DNA of 64,000 nucleotides. Origin: an uncultured Candidatus Rokubacteria bacterium (GTDB lineage: Bacteria > Methylomirabilota > Methylomirabilia > Rokubacteriales > CSP1-6). The translations under genes were made by a program, and so were the position numbers. Location: assembly GCA_963789955.1 (NCBI GenBank), contig CAWBMV010000037.1:128001-192000 (forward strand), written 5' to 3'. This document shows, one piece after another, positions 1 to 9,445 of the stretch. Below the pieces are notes generated by a model that worked only from the letters and a program-made list of their open reading frames with translations, was not told the DNA's origin and did no database searches. Within the stretch, counting starts at the first letter, position 1; each line of letters begins with the position of its first letter.

Positions 1-135
1 GAGTTCGTGCAGGAAGTCGCCGTCGCCCGCATCTATGACGGCGTGCACTACAGAAACTCGACGGTGGTCGGCAGCGCGATGGGCAAGCAGATCGGCGAGC
101 TCGCGGTGAAGAGCTTCCCCAAACCGATCCGCTGA
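1..135 (+). CDS. Vanadium-dependent haloperoxidase / PAP2-superfamily protein, C-terminal part (truncated by window edge)
   Basis: Frame 1 reads EFVQEVAVARIYDGVHYRNSTVVGSAMGKQIG...PIR*. The R-IY-x-G-V-H motif is typical of this family. Confidence 0.65.
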   Translation, partial: EFVQEVAVARIYDGVHYRNSTVVGSAMGKQIGELAVKSFPKPIR

Positions 136-159
136 ACCGCGAGAGCGACGGCGCGGGGC

Positions 160-1488
160 CTACCCCTCGTAGGTCTCGCGCTTCGCCAGAGCCCGCTGGG
201 CGGCGAGGTAGCTCGCGCGAGTCATCGGCGGCTTGGCCTTGGCCATCACCTCGCGGGCGCCGGCGGCGCCGTCCCAGAGCATATCGACCACCATCGCCGC
301 CAGCGCCTTGGCGGGACCGAGGTACGCGAGCGGCTTGTCGACGATGGCGAAGTCGGCGCCGTGTCCGGTGCCCCGAGCGCCGCCGATGTACGGATGGAGG
401 ATGGGCATGACCTGCGAGAGGTCGCCCATGTCGGTCGATCCGGTCCGGTGACCGATCTGCCGGTAGTGCTCTTCGCCGAAGAGCCCGGTGACGGTGTCGC
501 GGAAGTGGCGGGCCATGATCGGATCGCAGGTCATCGGCATATAGCCCGGTATCGTCTCGATCTCGACCTTGGCGCCGAGCGCCAGCGCTCCGGCACGCAG
601 CGCGCGATCGACCTTCACGTTGGCGTCGAGGATCGCCTGCATCGTCTTGCCGCGCACGTACGTCTCGATCCGCACCTCGCCCGGGATGACGTTCACCTGC
701 GAGCCGCCGTGCGTGATGATCGGATGCACGCGGATCGTGTCCTCGTCGCGGAACGTCTCGCGGATGGCGTTGATCGACATGAGGCCGATGTTCGCGGCGT
801 AGAGCGCGTTGATGCCCATGTGCGGCGCGCCGCCGGCGTGGGCCGCGCGACCGATGTAGCGCACGGTCTTCACGATGCAGCCGTTGTTCGAGGCGGGCAC
901 GCCCGCCTTGCCCTCCTCCGCTCGCGACGTCGTATGGATCATCATCGCCAGGTCCACGTCGTCGAAATGACCGAGCCGCAGGAGCTCGGGCTTGCCGCCG
1001 AGGAACTCGAGCTTGCCGGCGCGCGCCTGGGACATGCGCCACTCGATGTCTCCGTACTCCTCGGCGGGCACCGAGAAGAACACCGCGCGGCCCGCGAGCT
1101 GGTCGAAGGCCTTGGCGTCGAGCAGACCCATCGCCGCGCCGAGCATCCCGGCGATCTGCGCGTTGTGACCGCACGCGTGCGCGGCGCCCGTCGCCGGGTC
1201 GCCCTCGGGGTGGCCGGCGACGACCAGCGCGTCGAGCTCGCCGAGCACGGCGAAGGTCGGGCCGTCACCGCCGCGGCCGGCCACGTCGGCACGCACGCCC
1301 GTCATCGCCAGACCCGACCGCGGAGCCAGGCCGAGCTTCTTGAAGGTCTCCTCGACCAGGCGCGCGGTCTTGACTTCCTTGAATCCCAGCTCCGGCTGCC
1401 GCCGTATCTGCTCGCCCAGCCCGATGATCTCGTCGCCTCGCTGATCGATCGCCTGGAAGACCCGCTGCTTCAGCTCGTCCTTGGTCAT
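160..1488 (-). CDS. M20/M40 family amidohydrolase
   Basis: Motifs PELGFKE, ELDAL, HACGH, PAEE, GSTDMG. ATG at 1488 has a GGAGAGG-like RBS. Confidence 0.85.
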   Translation of the reverse strand: MTKDELKQRVFQAIDQRGDEIIGLGEQIRRQPELGFKEVKTARLVEETFKKLGLAPRSGLAMTGVRADVAGRGGDGPTFAVLGELDALVVAGHPEGDPATGAAHACGHNAQIAGMLGAAMGLLDAKAFDQLAGRAVFFSVPAEEYGDIEWRMSQARAGKLEFLGGKPELLRLGHFDDVDLAMMIHTTSRAEEGKAGVPASNNGCIVKTVRYIGRAAHAGGAPHMGINALYAANIGLMSINAIRETFRDEDTIRVHPIITHGGSQVNVIPGEVRIETYVRGKTMQAILDANVKVDRALRAGALALGAKVEIETIPGYMPMTCDPIMARHFRDTVTGLFGEEHYRQIGHRTGSTDMGDLSQVMPILHPYIGGARGTGHGADFAIVDKPLAYLGPAKALAAMVVDMLWDGAAGAREVMAKAKPPMTRASYLAAQRALAKRETYEG

Positions 1489-1609
1489 CTCGCCTCTCCG
1501 TGCGTCAAGAGTTTCTGGCAACGGTTGAACGGCAGACATTCTACTGCCGCCGACCGCGTCCGCGCCTGCATACTGACGGGAGCCGAACCCACTCGGTCAA
1601 GAGGGGCAC

Positions 1610-2519
1610 ATGGACGTTCTGCGCGCGCTGATCCTCCGGCTCTCGGTGGACATCCATCACGTCATCGAGGCCGCGGGCATCGTGGTGCTGGGCCTCGTCT
1701 TCTACTCCTACGCCCGGCGGTGGCTCGACGCGCATGGGCGCATCGATCCCCGGCTGCGCGCCCTGGTGACCGGCGCCATCTTCGGCGATGCTGACGATCG
1801 CGCTGATGATCTCGCGGATCGAAGTGGGCCCGGGCGCCTTCGTCGACGCGCGCGCCCTCCCGATCGCGCTGATCACCCTGGTCGAAGGCGGCGGCGCGGG
1901 ACTGGTCGCGGCGCTCGTCGCCTGCGCCTATCGAATCTCGCTCGGCGGCGCGGGCGCTCCGGCCGGCGTGATCGGGCTCCTGGCCACCGCCGGCGCCGCC
2001 ACCCTGGCCCTCGTGTGGGCGCGAAGATCGGGAGGGGTGCGGTCCCGCCACGGCTGCGTCCTGGGCGTCGCCGTCTATCTCATCACGTTCGCCTCGTTCG
2101 CGCTGCTGGGTGCTCGGGGCGTGGAGCTCTTCAAGCGCGACTGGCTGCCGCTCTTGTTCGTCAGCGTGGTCGGCATCGGCGGCTTCACGCGGCTCTTCGT
2201 CGACGTGGTGAACGCCCAGGCGGCCGAAGCGGCGCGGCGTGACGCCGCCGAGCTGCGCGCCGTGAACCTGCTCGCGCGCGCCGCGGCGCACGAGATCAAC
2301 AACGCGCTCATGATCGTGGGTGGCGGGCTCGCGATCCTCGCCCGTCGGCTTCCGGCCGACAGCGAGGACGCTCAGTGGGCGGCGCGCGCGCGCGATGGTG
2401 TGAACACGGTCAAGGACATCGTCACACGCATGAACACGATCACGCAGATCGAGGAAGTCCCCGGGCGCGGCGCGCTGTCCCCGATGCTCGACATTCGCCG
2501 GTCTAGCGCTTCGGAATAG
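1610..2519 (+). CDS. LytS/YhcK-type multi-TM sensor with a HisKA-like H-box and no ATPase domain (frameshift near 1788)
   Basis: Joins ORFs 1610 and 1788. Shows the 'GAFVDARALPIAL..GG' receptor motif, several TM helices and 'AAAHEINNAL'. Confidence 0.65.
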
Positions 2520-2946
2520 CGTCAGGACCCAGGACTCGAAAGCCTTCGCGTTCGGCGGCCTGGGCCTGGCGGCGGTCGAAGGTCACGAACTCCAGGGTCG
2601 CGGGCTCGTGCTCGGCGGCGACCAGCGCCGCCCCGATGTGGAGGGCGTCCGACGCGCGGAGCGAATGCGTCACCACGATGCGTTCGGCGTGACGCCGGAC
2701 GATGTCGGCGGCCGTGACTTCGGACCAGCGCTCCCAGGCGTCGAGGAAGTGCCGCCGCACGAGGGTGAGCTGCCGCGCCGCGGCGGGCTCACCGTGGCTT
2801 CGGCGCGCCAGCGCCGCCAGCATCTCCACGCGGGCCAAGGTCCAGACGACGACCTCAGGATCGTCTCGGAGACAGCGCACCGCGGTCCCCGACTCGCGCT
2901 CGGCGATGAACAGCGGCACGAGAGCGGACGTGTCCCAGAATCTCAC
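2503..2946 (-). CDS. vapC: Type II TA toxin, VapC/PIN domain
   Basis: Motifs FWDTSAL, LRASDALHIGAA and FVTFDRRQ. Confidence 0.85.
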   Translation of the reverse strand: MRFWDTSALVPLFIAERESGTAVRCLRDDPEVVVWTLARVEMLAALARRSHGEPAAARQLTLVRRHFLDAWERWSEVTAADIVRRHAERIVVTHSLRASDALHIGAALVAAEHEPATLEFVTFDRRQAQAAEREGFRVLGPDAIPKR

Positions 2947-3238
2947 CAGCCGCGCTCGCGCTCCTCCAGCAAGACCGCGCAGGACACCGCCCGGAAGACG
3001 AGTGGGCTTGCGCGCCCGCAGGCCGGTGGACCGTCGGCCGGCGCCGCGGCGGATAAGCCCCTGGCGCTCGAGCCGTAGCCAGCCGTTCGGACGCTCCGCG
3101 CGCGCCGTCGTGCGGCAGGGGAACGAGCCGGGCGACCGGCCGGTCGCGGTCCAGCACGATCACCGAGCCGCCCCGGCGCACGTGGTCCAGATAGCGCGAG
3201 AGGTTGTTCTTCAAGTTGGCTATCTTGGCCTGTTTCAT
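2943..3238 (-). CDS. Phd/YefM-family antitoxin (frameshift near 3080)
   Basis: Reads MKQAKIANLKNNLSRYLDHVRRGGSVIVLDRDRPVARLVP. The C-terminus LEERERGW* overlaps the toxin GTG. Confidence 0.8.
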
Positions 3239-3247
3239 ATGGCTATG

Positions 3248-4351
3248 TTAGCTATGTAGGCCTCGAGACACAAATCTTCCGGGCAGGAAGTCCTTCACGG
3301 CCAGACTCGGCTGGCGGCCGGTGATCCATTCGGTCATCAGGCGAGCGGTGATCGGCGCCAGCAGGATCCCGTTGCGAAAATGCCCGGTGGCGACGAAGAG
3401 CCCCTCGACGCCGGGCCACGGACCGAGCACGGGCAGGCTGTCGGGCGCCCAGGGCCTGAAGCCGCACCAGGTCCGCGCGATCGGCAAGTCGCGGAGCGAC
3501 GGCACGAGCGCGATCGCGGCTTGAAGCAAGCCGGCGATCCCCTCGGCGGTGACGGCGCGGTGAAATCCGGCGCGCTCGACGGTGGCTCCGATCAAGAGCT
3601 CCCCTGACGGCCGCGGGACGAGGTAGACCTCGCCGTGGACGCAGTGCGTGACGACGGGCGGCACGTGGGCGAGCGCGACCATCTGGCCGCGGCGCGGCTC
3701 GATCCGGAGCGGCGCGCCGAGCGCGGTCATCAGCTCGCTGCTCCAGGCACCGGCGGCCAGCAGCACCGCGTCGCCCTCGATTCGCTCGCCCTCCGTCACC
3801 ACCGCGCGCGCCCGGCCGCTCTCCACGATCAGCCGTGACACGTTGCAGGCGGTGCGGAGCTCGACGCCGATCGACACCGCCGCCTGGGCGTACGCCAGCA
3901 CCAGCCGCTGGTTGTTCAGCCAGTGGTCGCCCTTGACGAAAACCGCGTGCCGGATCTTCGGGGACAGAGCGGGCTCGCGCCGGTGAATCTCGTCGCCCTC
4001 CAGGCGCTCCACGCCGAATTCCGCGAGGTCCGCCCATTGCGCGACGTCACGCTGCTTCTGAGCCGCGGACGTGGGATAGATCGTTCCGCGGGTGACGTAC
4101 TCCACGTCGATGCCGGTGCGCTTCTGGAGATCGCGGACGACCTCGGGATAGAGGCGCCAGCTGGCGAGGGCGAGCCGCGCGAAGTTCGTTTCGGTCGACT
4201 CGTCGATGGGCGCCAGGAGGCCCGCGGCGGCGCTCGAGGCTTCGGCGCCCGGCGTGGCCCGCTCGAAGACGGTGACCTGGCACCCTGCCCCGGCGAGCTC
4301 ATAGGCCGCCGCGCAGCCGATGATCCCGCCGCCGACGACCAGAACCTTCAC
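3248..4351 (-). CDS. thiO: Glycine oxidase
   Basis: Motifs GGGIIG, AAAGLL and GHFRNGILLAP; lies within the thi operon. Confidence 0.85.
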   Translation of the reverse strand: MKVLVVGGGIIGCAAAYELAGAGCQVTVFERATPGAEASSAAAGLLAPIDESTETNFARLALASWRLYPEVVRDLQKRTGIDVEYVTRGTIYPTSAAQKQRDVAQWADLAEFGVERLEGDEIHRREPALSPKIRHAVFVKGDHWLNNQRLVLAYAQAAVSIGVELRTACNVSRLIVESGRARAVVTEGERIEGDAVLLAAGAWSSELMTALGAPLRIEPRRGQMVALAHVPPVVTHCVHGEVYLVPRPSGELLIGATVERAGFHRAVTAEGIAGLLQAAIALVPSLRDLPIARTWCGFRPWAPDSLPVLGPWPGVEGLFVATGHFRNGILLAPITARLMTEWITGRQPSLAVKDFLPGRFVSRGLHS

Positions 4352-4974
4352 GCGCCGCGGTCGAGCGCGTCGAGAAAGCGGCGGGTCGCGTCGGCCGGAG
4401 ACTCGGCCGCGATGATTCCGGAGATCACGGCGATACCGCGCGCGCCGGCCGCCAGCACGTCGCGCACGCGATCCGGGGTGATCCCGCCGATCGCGATCAC
4501 CGGAAGGCGTACGGTCGCCGCGACCCGCGTCAACCGCTCGAGCCCCTGCGGCGGGCCGTACGGGCGCTTCGACGGCGTGTCGTAGACCGGCCCGAACACG
4601 ACCCAGTCGGCGCCCTTCAGCTCGGCCTCGACCGCCTCATCGAGCGAGTGCGTGGACACGCCGATCCGCAGACGCTTGTCGGCGATCGCGCGGATGTCCT
4701 GGATCGGGAGCGAGGTCGAGGTGCGCTGGACGGCGTCGGCGCCGACCGCGAGCGCCACGTCGACCCGGTCGTTGACGATCAGGAGCGCTTGCCGGTCCTG
4801 CGTGAGCGCGCGAATGCGCCGGCACAGGAAGGCAAGATCGGCCGCGCCGAGATCCTTCTCGCGGACCTGGACGGCGGGCAGGCCCGCCGCCAGGCACTCG
4901 CCCACGACCGCGGTGAGATCGCGGCCGTGCGTCTGGGTGCGGTCAGTGACGAGACAGAGCTTCAGCTCGTCCAA
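4348..4974 (-). CDS. thiE: Thiamine-phosphate synthase
   Basis: Motifs [24 protein letters not shown] and AIGGI. Confidence 0.85.
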   Translation of the reverse strand: MDELKLCLVTDRTQTHGRDLTAVVGECLAAGLPAVQVREKDLGAADLAFLCRRIRALTQDRQALLIVNDRVDVALAVGADAVQRTSTSLPIQDIRAIADKRLRIGVSTHSLDEAVEAELKGADWVVFGPVYDTPSKRPYGPPQGLERLTRVAATVRLPVIAIGGITPDRVRDVLAAGARGIAVISGIIAAESPADATRRFLDALDRGA

Positions 4975-5741
4975 TCGGGGACGCCCTCGAGCGGCGAGGA
5001 CGCGGTGGCGTAGAGCTTCTTGCCGATCCGCCCGGCCTTGAACGCCAGGCGCCCGGCCTCGACGCCGAGCCGCATCGCGCGGGCCATGTCGACCGGGTCC
5101 TGGGCGCCCGAGATCGCCGTGTTCATCAGCACCCCCTCGCAGCCGAGCTCCATCGCGATGGCAGCGTCCGACGCGGTGCCCACCCCCGCGTCCACGATGA
5201 CCGGCACGCTGACCGTCTCGAGGATGATCTTGATGTTGTACGGATTGCGGATGCCGAGGCCGGAGCCGATCGGCGCGCCCAGCGGCATGACGACGGCCGC
5301 GCCCGCGTCCTCGAGCTTCTTCGCCATCACCGGGTCGTCGTTCGTGTAGGGCATCACCGTGAAGCCCTCGCGCGCGAGCGTCTTCGTCGCCTCGAGCAGC
5401 CCGAAGACGTCCGGGAACAAGGTGCGCGGATCACCGATGACCTCGAGCTTGACCATCTCGCCGAGCCCGGCTTCGCGGGCCAGGTAGCATGTCCGGATCG
5501 CCTCGTCGGCAGTGTAGCAACCCGCCGTGTTCGGCAGGAGCGTATAGCGCGTGGTGTCCAGGTGATCGAGGATCGATTCGCCCGACGGCAGACTGACTCG
5601 ACGCAGCGCCACCGTGACGATCTGAGCGCCCGACGCCTCGTGCGCTCGCTTCATGACGTCCATCGACGCGTACTTTCCCGTTCCGACGATGAGTCGCGAC
5701 GAGAATTCCTTGCCCCCGATGACCAGATTCGTATCGCTCAT
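4962..5741 (-). CDS. thiG: Thiazole synthase
   Basis: Motifs [24 protein letters not shown] and [10 protein letters not shown]. Confidence 0.95.
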   Translation of the reverse strand: MSDTNLVIGGKEFSSRLIVGTGKYASMDVMKRAHEASGAQIVTVALRRVSLPSGESILDHLDTTRYTLLPNTAGCYTADEAIRTCYLAREAGLGEMVKLEVIGDPRTLFPDVFGLLEATKTLAREGFTVMPYTNDDPVMAKKLEDAGAAVVMPLGAPIGSGLGIRNPYNIKIILETVSVPVIVDAGVGTASDAAIAMELGCEGVLMNTAISGAQDPVDMARAMRLGVEAGRLAFKAGRIGKKLYATASSPLEGVPDWTS

Positions 5742-5758
5742 GGCTCGACCTCCCTGCT

Positions 5759-5959
5759 CTATCCGCCGCCCATCGGTCTGACGATCTCGACCCGGTCGCC
5801 ATCGTGCAGCACGGTCGCCTCGTACGCGCTCTTCGGGGTGACCTCACGGTTCACGGCGACCGCGGTGTACTGGCGCTTGACGTTGAGATGCACGAGCAGC
5901 CCTTCAACGTTCAGGCCGTCGGCGACTTCCAGGTCCTTTCCGTTGACGCTGATCTTCAT
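5759..5959 (-). CDS. thiS: Sulfur carrier protein
   Basis: 66 aa, MKISVNG...[10 protein letters not shown], ending in a Gly-Gly motif. Confidence 0.92.
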   Translation of the reverse strand: MKISVNGKDLEVADGLNVEGLLVHLNVKRQYTAVAVNREVTPKSAYEATVLHDGDRVEIVRPMGGG

Positions 5960-5996
5960 AAACAAAACGGCCGCGTCCCCTTGACGGGTGCGGCCG
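5960..5996 (-). terminator. Intrinsic terminator / expression platform of the TPP riboswitch
   Basis: Minus-strand hairpin CGGCCGC...GCGGCCG followed by TTTTGTTT, directly before the thiS ATG. Confidence 0.75.
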
Positions 5997-6006
5997 CTCA
6001 TTTCCT

Positions 6007-6094
6007 CGCCGTGTTCCCTTCGCTGGAATTACCCAGATCAGGTTCGAGGGGTCCCGGGCCGCACCCGGTTCTCAGGAATCCTCCCCCCACGACG
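6007..6094 (-). promoter_or_regulatory. TPP riboswitch aptamer
   Basis: Minus strand reads GGGG..CTGAGA...ACCC..GAACCTGATCTGGGTAATTCCAGCGAAGGGA. P1 is CGTCGTG/CACGGCG. It lies upstream of thiSGEO, with a -10 TATACT at 6104-6109. Confidence 0.93.
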
Positions 6095-6117
6095 TCAGGC
6101 CGGAGTATACCACCGCG

Positions 6118-7440
6118 TTAGGCGAGCGTGAGCTGGCGGCCGGGCTTGGCCATCACCCGCGGCAGCGCGCCCTCCACCCACTTGGCGCCCGGCGAGAGTA
6201 CGACCGACGCCGAGCGCACGTGAAACGACTCGGGATCGCGGCCCGGGGCCGGCGTGCCGCGCTCGCGCAAGGCGCGGGCGGCGCTCATGAGACGACGCCG
6301 CACGTGGATGATCGCGGTGTCGCTGGTGCCCAGGTGCTCGAGCGCGCGGTCGACGATGCCGCCCTGGCTCTCCTGGATCGCCTGGTCCTGGACGCCGAAG
6401 CCGGGAATGCCGCAGAACATGCGCGTGCGGTGCGCTTCCCAGTCCATGCCGTAGTCGTTGTCGCGATTCGCGGCGGTGCGGATGTCGCCGTAGGGCTCGG
6501 AGGTCGGGGGCAGATAGTCGCAGACGTGAGCGCCCCGCCCGGCGACGTTGAGGTCGATCTCTTCACGCGTCAGCGGGCGATCCGGATGCCACGTCACCAT
6601 CCAGTTGATGACGTTCGCGTCGTCCATCGGCACCCAGATGTGCGACTGCGTGATCTTCTCGTCGAGATCGGTCGGCGGCATCGTGTAGAACGGCATCAGG
6701 AACTGGGTGACGCGCCACAGATGCTGACCGTCGGGGCGCGAGCGCTGCGCGCCGATCAGCACGCCGTAGTCGGTGTCGACCACGTCGAAGCGCGGCGCGC
6801 GGTCGGCCGTCTGCACCGCCGAGCCGACGCCGAAGCTCGCCGCGTCGAGCTCGCGCGTGACTTCCGCGTCGGCGTGGTCGAGCGGCGCGTGCAGGAACGA
6901 GATGTGGCTCGAGTCGATGCCGCCCTCCATCGCCTGGAACCAGTTGCACTCCTGCACCCGCTTGGACGCGAAGCTGTGCGAGTCCGGCAGGAGCGTCCAT
7001 TCCAGATGGGGCATCGGCGGCGGCGGGCTCGCCGGCCCCATGTACGCGAAGATCATGCCGCCGCGCTCCTCGCAGGGATACCCGGCGTGGCGGATCTTCG
7101 AGCAGAAACCGCCGCCGGGCTCGTTCGGCATCTCGAGGCACCGGCCGTCCATCCCGAACGCCCAGCCGTGATAGACACAGCGCATGCCCGCGTCCTCGAC
7201 GCGGCCGAAATAGAGCGAGGCCAGCCGGTGCGGACAGAACTCGCCGATCAGCCCGGGCCGGCCGTTCTTGGCGCGAAACGCGATCAGCCGCTCGCCCAGC
7301 AGCTTCACGCGCTTCACCCGCCCGCCGGCGACGAGCTCGCCCGAGGTCACCACCGGGATCCAGTACTGTCTGATCAAGGCACCCATCGGCGTGCCCGCAT
7401 CCGTCCGCGTCAGTAGCTCGTTGTCTTCGCGGCTCAGCAT
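6118..7440 (-). CDS. Rieske non-heme iron oxygenase alpha subunit (phthalate 4,5-dioxygenase-like)
   Basis: Rieske ligands CPHR...CVYHGW; mononuclear Fe motif EGGIDSSHISFLH. Confidence 0.88.
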   Translation of the reverse strand: MLSREDNELLTRTDAGTPMGALIRQYWIPVVTSGELVAGGRVKRVKLLGERLIAFRAKNGRPGLIGEFCPHRLASLYFGRVEDAGMRCVYHGWAFGMDGRCLEMPNEPGGGFCSKIRHAGYPCEERGGMIFAYMGPASPPPPMPHLEWTLLPDSHSFASKRVQECNWFQAMEGGIDSSHISFLHAPLDHADAEVTRELDAASFGVGSAVQTADRAPRFDVVDTDYGVLIGAQRSRPDGQHLWRVTQFLMPFYTMPPTDLDEKITQSHIWVPMDDANVINWMVTWHPDRPLTREEIDLNVAGRGAHVCDYLPPTSEPYGDIRTAANRDNDYGMDWEAHRTRMFCGIPGFGVQDQAIQESQGGIVDRALEHLGTSDTAIIHVRRRLMSAARALRERGTPAPGRDPESFHVRSASVVLSPGAKWVEGALPRVMAKPGRQLTLA

Positions 7441-7458
7441 GGTGTCCTCACTCCTGGC

Positions 7459-9408
7459 TCAGGATGCTTCGGTGATGGCGTTGACGGCGCTGGGATTCTC
7501 GAGCGACGAGAGATCGCCCGGCTCCTTGCCCAGATAGGTCGCGCGAATCACGCGCCGCATGATCTTGGCGCTGCGGGTCTTCGGCAGATCCTTCGTGAAC
7601 AGGACGCGCTCGGGCTTGAGCGCCTTGCCCATCTGCCGGGCGACCAGGTCCGAGAGCTGAGTGCGCAGCGGCTCGGAGGCTTGATGGCTCGGCCGCAGCA
7701 CGACGAAGCAGACGATCGCCTCGCCCTTCACCTCGTGCGGCACGCCGACGACGCCGGCCTCGGCGACGGCCTCATGAGAGACCAGCACCGACTCGACCTC
7801 CGCCGGGCCGAGCCGCTTGCCGGCGATCTTCAACGTGTCGTCCGAGCGGCCCTGGATGAACCAGAAGCCGTCCTCGTCGACGTAGGCCCAGTCGCCGTGG
7901 ACCCACACGTTCGGCCAGCGCGACCAGTACGTCTCCTCGTAGCGCTGCGGGTCTTTCCAGAAGCCCTGCGTCATCCCCGGCCAGGGCGCGGTGACGACGA
8001 GCTCGCCGACCTGGCCGCGCACGGGGCGCCCGTCGTCGCCGAAGCAGTCGGCCGCCATGCCCGGGATCGGCCCGGTGAACGAGCACGGCTTGATCGGCGC
8101 GATCGGGAACGAGCTCAGAATGCCGCCCGAGATCTCGGTGCCGCCGGTGTAGTTGATGATCGGCACGCGCGCCTTGCCGGCGTTCTCGAAGAGCCAGCGA
8201 TACGGCTCGGGATTCCAGGGCTCGCCGGTCGAGCCGAGCACCCTGAGCGAGCCGAGCTCGTGAGCGTGCACGTGCTCGGCGCCGTGAGGCATGAGCGCGC
8301 GGACGGCCGTCGGCGAGAGTCCCATGACCGTGATCTTGTGCCGCTCCACGAGCGACCAGAGGCGATCGGGCTTCGGGAAATCGGGCACGCCCTCGAAGAG
8401 CACGGCGGTGCCGCCGTGAAAGAGTCCCGCGGTGATGAGCATCGGGCCCATCAGCCAGCCCAGGTCCGTCAGCCAGAAGAGCCGATCACCCGGGCCCACG
8501 TCCATCAGGTAGCCGAAGTCGTGGGCGCACTTGAGCAGGAAGCCGCCCTGCGTGAGCACCGCGCCCTTCGGCCGGCCCGTCGTGCCCGACGTGTAGATGA
8601 TCAAGCACGGGCGATCGAACGCGCCGGGCAGCGCGGGGCAGACGTCCGACTCTTGCCCGATCAGCTCGTGCCACCAGCGATCGCGTCCCTCAGTCCACGG
8701 GATCTCGCGGCCGAGACGCTTGTAGACGATCACGTTCCGGATCGACGGGGACGCCGCCGCCGCCTCGTCGGCGGTTTCCTTCATCTTCACGATCTGACCG
8801 CGGCGATAGAAGCCGTCGGCGGTGACGAGCGCCTTGGCCTCGCAATCTTGCAGGCGAGAGGCCACCGCTTGAGCGCCGTAGCCCGAGAAGCACGGCGTGT
8901 AGATCGCGCCGATCCGCACGATCGCGAGCGTGGCGATCGCGGCCTCGGGCGACATCGGCAGGAACACGCCGACGCGATCCCCCTCGCCGACGCCGAGTCG
9001 CCTGAGCGCGTTGGCGAGCTGGTTCACCTCGCGCGCCAGCTCGTGATAGCTGAGGGTCCGCGTTCGACCGTCGTCGCCTTCCCAGATGAGCGCGGCCTGG
9101 TCGCCGCGCCCGCTGTCGACGTGGCGATCGACGCAGTTGTCGGCGAAGTTCATCAGACCGCCCTCGAACCAGTGCGGCCACTGGACGCCGCGCGAGATGT
9201 CGCGCACCCGCGTGTACGGGCGGCTGAACCGCAGACCGAGATCGCGGACCACGGCGTCCCAGTACCAGTCCGGCTCGGCGATGCTCCGCCGCTGCAGCTC
9301 CTCCAGCGACCCCACGCCGAGCGAGCGCATGAACCGGGCGAGACGCGTGCGCTCGGCATACTCGCGGGTGGGTCGCCAGACGATCTCTTCCCGGCCGGTC
9401 TCGGTCAT
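7459..9408 (-). CDS. Acetyl-CoA synthetase family AMP-binding enzyme
   Basis: Motifs YTSGTTGRPKG, GRSDD and LPKTRSAKIMRR. Confidence 0.88.
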   Translation of the reverse strand: MTETGREEIVWRPTREYAERTRLARFMRSLGVGSLEELQRRSIAEPDWYWDAVVRDLGLRFSRPYTRVRDISRGVQWPHWFEGGLMNFADNCVDRHVDSGRGDQAALIWEGDDGRTRTLSYHELAREVNQLANALRRLGVGEGDRVGVFLPMSPEAAIATLAIVRIGAIYTPCFSGYGAQAVASRLQDCEAKALVTADGFYRRGQIVKMKETADEAAAASPSIRNVIVYKRLGREIPWTEGRDRWWHELIGQESDVCPALPGAFDRPCLIIYTSGTTGRPKGAVLTQGGFLLKCAHDFGYLMDVGPGDRLFWLTDLGWLMGPMLITAGLFHGGTAVLFEGVPDFPKPDRLWSLVERHKITVMGLSPTAVRALMPHGAEHVHAHELGSLRVLGSTGEPWNPEPYRWLFENAGKARVPIINYTGGTEISGGILSSFPIAPIKPCSFTGPIPGMAADCFGDDGRPVRGQVGELVVTAPWPGMTQGFWKDPQRYEETYWSRWPNVWVHGDWAYVDEDGFWFIQGRSDDTLKIAGKRLGPAEVESVLVSHEAVAEAGVVGVPHEVKGEAIVCFVVLRPSHQASEPLRTQLSDLVARQMGKALKPERVLFTKDLPKTRSAKIMRRVIRATYLGKEPGDLSSLENPSAVNAITEAS

Positions 9409-9445
9409 CCGATCCTCCCGAGAGGGCAGTGTACCCGGACGCGAG

